Shown here: piece after piece, positions 61,801 to 64,000 of the stretch
How positions within the stretch are numbered: position 1 is the stretch's first letter
Layout of the letters: each line of letters starts with the position of its first letter
Assembly: GCF_964355755.1 (NCBI RefSeq)
Contig: NC_092670.1
Coordinates: 36,196,388 to 36,260,387 of the forward strand
Direction of reading: 5' to 3'
Length of the DNA stretch: 64,000 nt
Source: Antedon mediterranea
Lineage: Eukaryota; Animalia; Echinodermata
Position numbers and translations under genes: made by a program
Notes under the pieces: model-generated
Seen by the model: only the letters and a program-made list of their open reading frames with translations
Database searches by the model: none
Told to the model about the DNA's origin: nothing

Positions 61801-64000
61801 ACAAAGCAGGCATTTTAGAACAATAACAAACATTGATGAATGTTCTAATAATTCAAATAATGATTTCGAGGAAAACCATGACAATAATACCTGTCCAAGT
61901 ATGAAAGTAGCAAGATCTTATCAAGAGATGGAAATTGATTCTGCAAAACAAATCACAAACAGGTTGGATTTTCTTGGGTAGGTAAATTACTACTTGAATA
62001 CTATGTCCCTCAAACTAGTAAAACATGTATATTTTCTAGGCACGGCTGTTTTTTATTTTTATTTATCACTTAACTAGTTATTGTAATAGAGACGTATGGT
62101 ACAGCTTACTACTCAACACATTGAAAATATACATAATTTGTTTAACAAAATAGTATATCTTTTTAAACTTTTGCAGACCTGCTCTGTCATATGGCTCAGA
62201 CCAAGTGATGGAGATTGCAGTGAAAATGTTCAAGAACAGAACAAGAATTGAAAATGATCTGTAAGTTGAAATTCATTCTGATCTACTGTACTTCTATCAT
62301 AGAATAGATTAAAATAAGATTAAAAACACTATCGTAACCTTGAATATTTTTTGTTTAGAATAAATATGAAGTGGCTACATATTTGCAGAATCCTAGGTCC
62401 TACTTCTTCTGAATCAAGAGTTGAAGCAGGGATCTTACTGCCAATAACAATTCATCAGGTTTCCTTAGTCACACAACTGAAACATTCGAAGCCTAGGCTA
62501 CTGGTGAGTGGTTTTGATAGAATTTATGTTTTCCATGCAAAAATAAGGTAGAAGAGATATACAGTAATATTAAACAAAATACAATTATTGAAATATCTTT
62601 AGCTTGTTTCAGGTGATGTACAACTAAATTACCATCACCTTGGCTACAAAGACTCATTGAAACCTGACATCACCATTGGGAGCTCTGTAACATCTCAAAG
62701 CTCCCAGAAAGAATGGAAACAGAGAATTCTTGATCACTTGAAGCAACTAAAAATAGACATAGTAGTTACCAAAGGAACAATGGATGTTAGTCTCTTCGCA
62801 GATTGTTTGGCTGAAAGTATTCTGGTTGTAGAGAGAGTAAAGTTTTCAGTTCTGAAATTACTTACTGCTGGATCAGAGGCTAATGTTTTAACATATCTAA
62901 TGGATGCTGAGGAGGTAACTAGTCTATAGAATATCGAAAATTAAATTCATTCCCAGATTTGACTCCCTTAAAATTAAATTGTGATAAATATTGCATACAC
63001 TTCTGTAAAAAAATGTTCAATTTACTAGGAGTCTTCCATTTATCATTCAAGAGATGTCCATTATGGAATTAATGTTATTTATCTATTCTAACAGGTAACA
63101 CTTTAACACTGCTTCCATGCATGCTTCTTTTTTTTTAATAGACAGATGTAGGGCATGTGTCATTGTTAAAATCATTAGAAGGAGGACGCTGTGAAGGTCG
63201 AAGTTCAAAAGAACCATCCATTCAGAACTATCTACTGAGTATACAAACCGAAGCAAATCTTCAAGTAAGATGATCTTTATACCATGTTTATACTTAATCT
63301 CTGTCTAACTACACTATCAAACTTTATGTGACACCGAAATGTGATGTGCCCATTATATGGACATGGTGATGTCATATTAATACCATATTTGGGTATATCA
63401 CTAGGCCTACCATATTTGGGCACATCACACTTCTTTTGTCAAACTAATTTGATAGTGTAGACAGCTCATGTGCACTTTAAAGAGCCTAGTACATCTTTAG
63501 TAAGGGGTTACCCCGGTGTAGTAGTACATCACAGCCAATGATAATAACTTGGCCCTCTGGGAGACCAGTCTTTGACGGAAGAGGTTAACCAGTAATAATA
63601 TAATAATAATAAAATTAATATGATGATGAAAAACTAAATACCAAGAAAGGAATATATCAAATATTTTGACACATTTTTAAACAAAACACAATGATCAGAT
63701 ACATCATAATATATATATATTGTACATTCATTCTGGGACACAAACAACTGGAGTTATGTTAAAATGTTGTCAACTCAAGCACTGTAAGTAATTGGGTACA
63801 GTAGTTTCAGTTGGGTAACTAATTGGATGGCAGACTTCTGGAGGCCAAATAGCTGAGGCCAAATAGCTACAGCTAGTTCTTGTTATTTCAGACTGCTGTT
63901 TTATGTGCACCAAGCCAGTATCAACTAGATGGGTTAGAGGATCAGTTAATGTCATGTGTACACAGACTTACTCAAGCACTTTTAGATGAGAAGTTGATTC
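58805..64000 (+). CDS. BBS12: Bardet-Biedl syndrome 12 chaperonin-like protein; 3' end lies outside the window
   Basis: Exons 58805-58859 (duplicate at 58641-58695), 59106-59142, 59753-59837, 60149-60274, 60548-61977, 62177-62260, 62359-62503, 62603-62914, 63142-63264, 63892-end. Motifs: GLQVASVLGSTFRNFLGPVKSVKFFVD, LLQLLDLQHPIG, SRHF, LSYGS, LVSGDVQLNYHHLGYK, LEDQLMSCVHRL. Confidence 0.88.
59924..60088. mobile_element. MITE family A
   Basis: TIRs match the family. Confidence 0.8.
63297..63466. mobile_element. MITE family A
   Basis: TIRs match the family. Confidence 0.8.
63470..63612 (+). mobile_element. SINE 3' fragment, possibly Meta-domain type
   Basis: GTGCACTTTAAAGAGCC...AAGGGGTTACCCCGGTG core followed by a (TAA)n tail; family assignment is from recollection only. 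Confidence 0.4.

Overview
AT-rich, intron-containing animal genomic DNA. It is probably an invertebrate deuterostome such as an echinoderm (inference from gene structure and repeats; the taxon cannot be fixed from this window). Nine spliced host genes were reconstructed by hand, in order: a secreted fibrinogen-C-domain gene (partial, -), RETSAT (+), HROB (-), COMMD3 (+), a protein with three divergent ubiquitin-like domains and no C-terminal GG (-), phospholipid scramblase (+), a TRIM-NHL with two filamin repeats and an intronless CDS (-), a CD-M6PR/ATG27-like receptor (-), and BBS12 (partial, +). Three of these pairs are head-to-head. Introns and intergenic DNA carry two abundant Harbinger-like MITE families, Tc1/Tigger-like, hAT-like and Helentron-like elements, tRNA-derived SINEs, a truncated LINE RT and several minisatellites. 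The least explained signals are: (1) 23-35 bp CAGGG...CCCTG palindromes flanked by exact 7-bp duplications, resembling P-superfamily excision footprints; (2) strong enrichment of TAGGCCTA; (3) several local DNA-templated copies of exon or intron sequence, including a perfect 27-bp antisense copy of an exon inside the same gene; (4) a duplicated BBS12 start exon; (5) the triple-UBL protein. Coordinates were read by eye and may be off by a few bases, especially at repeat edges.
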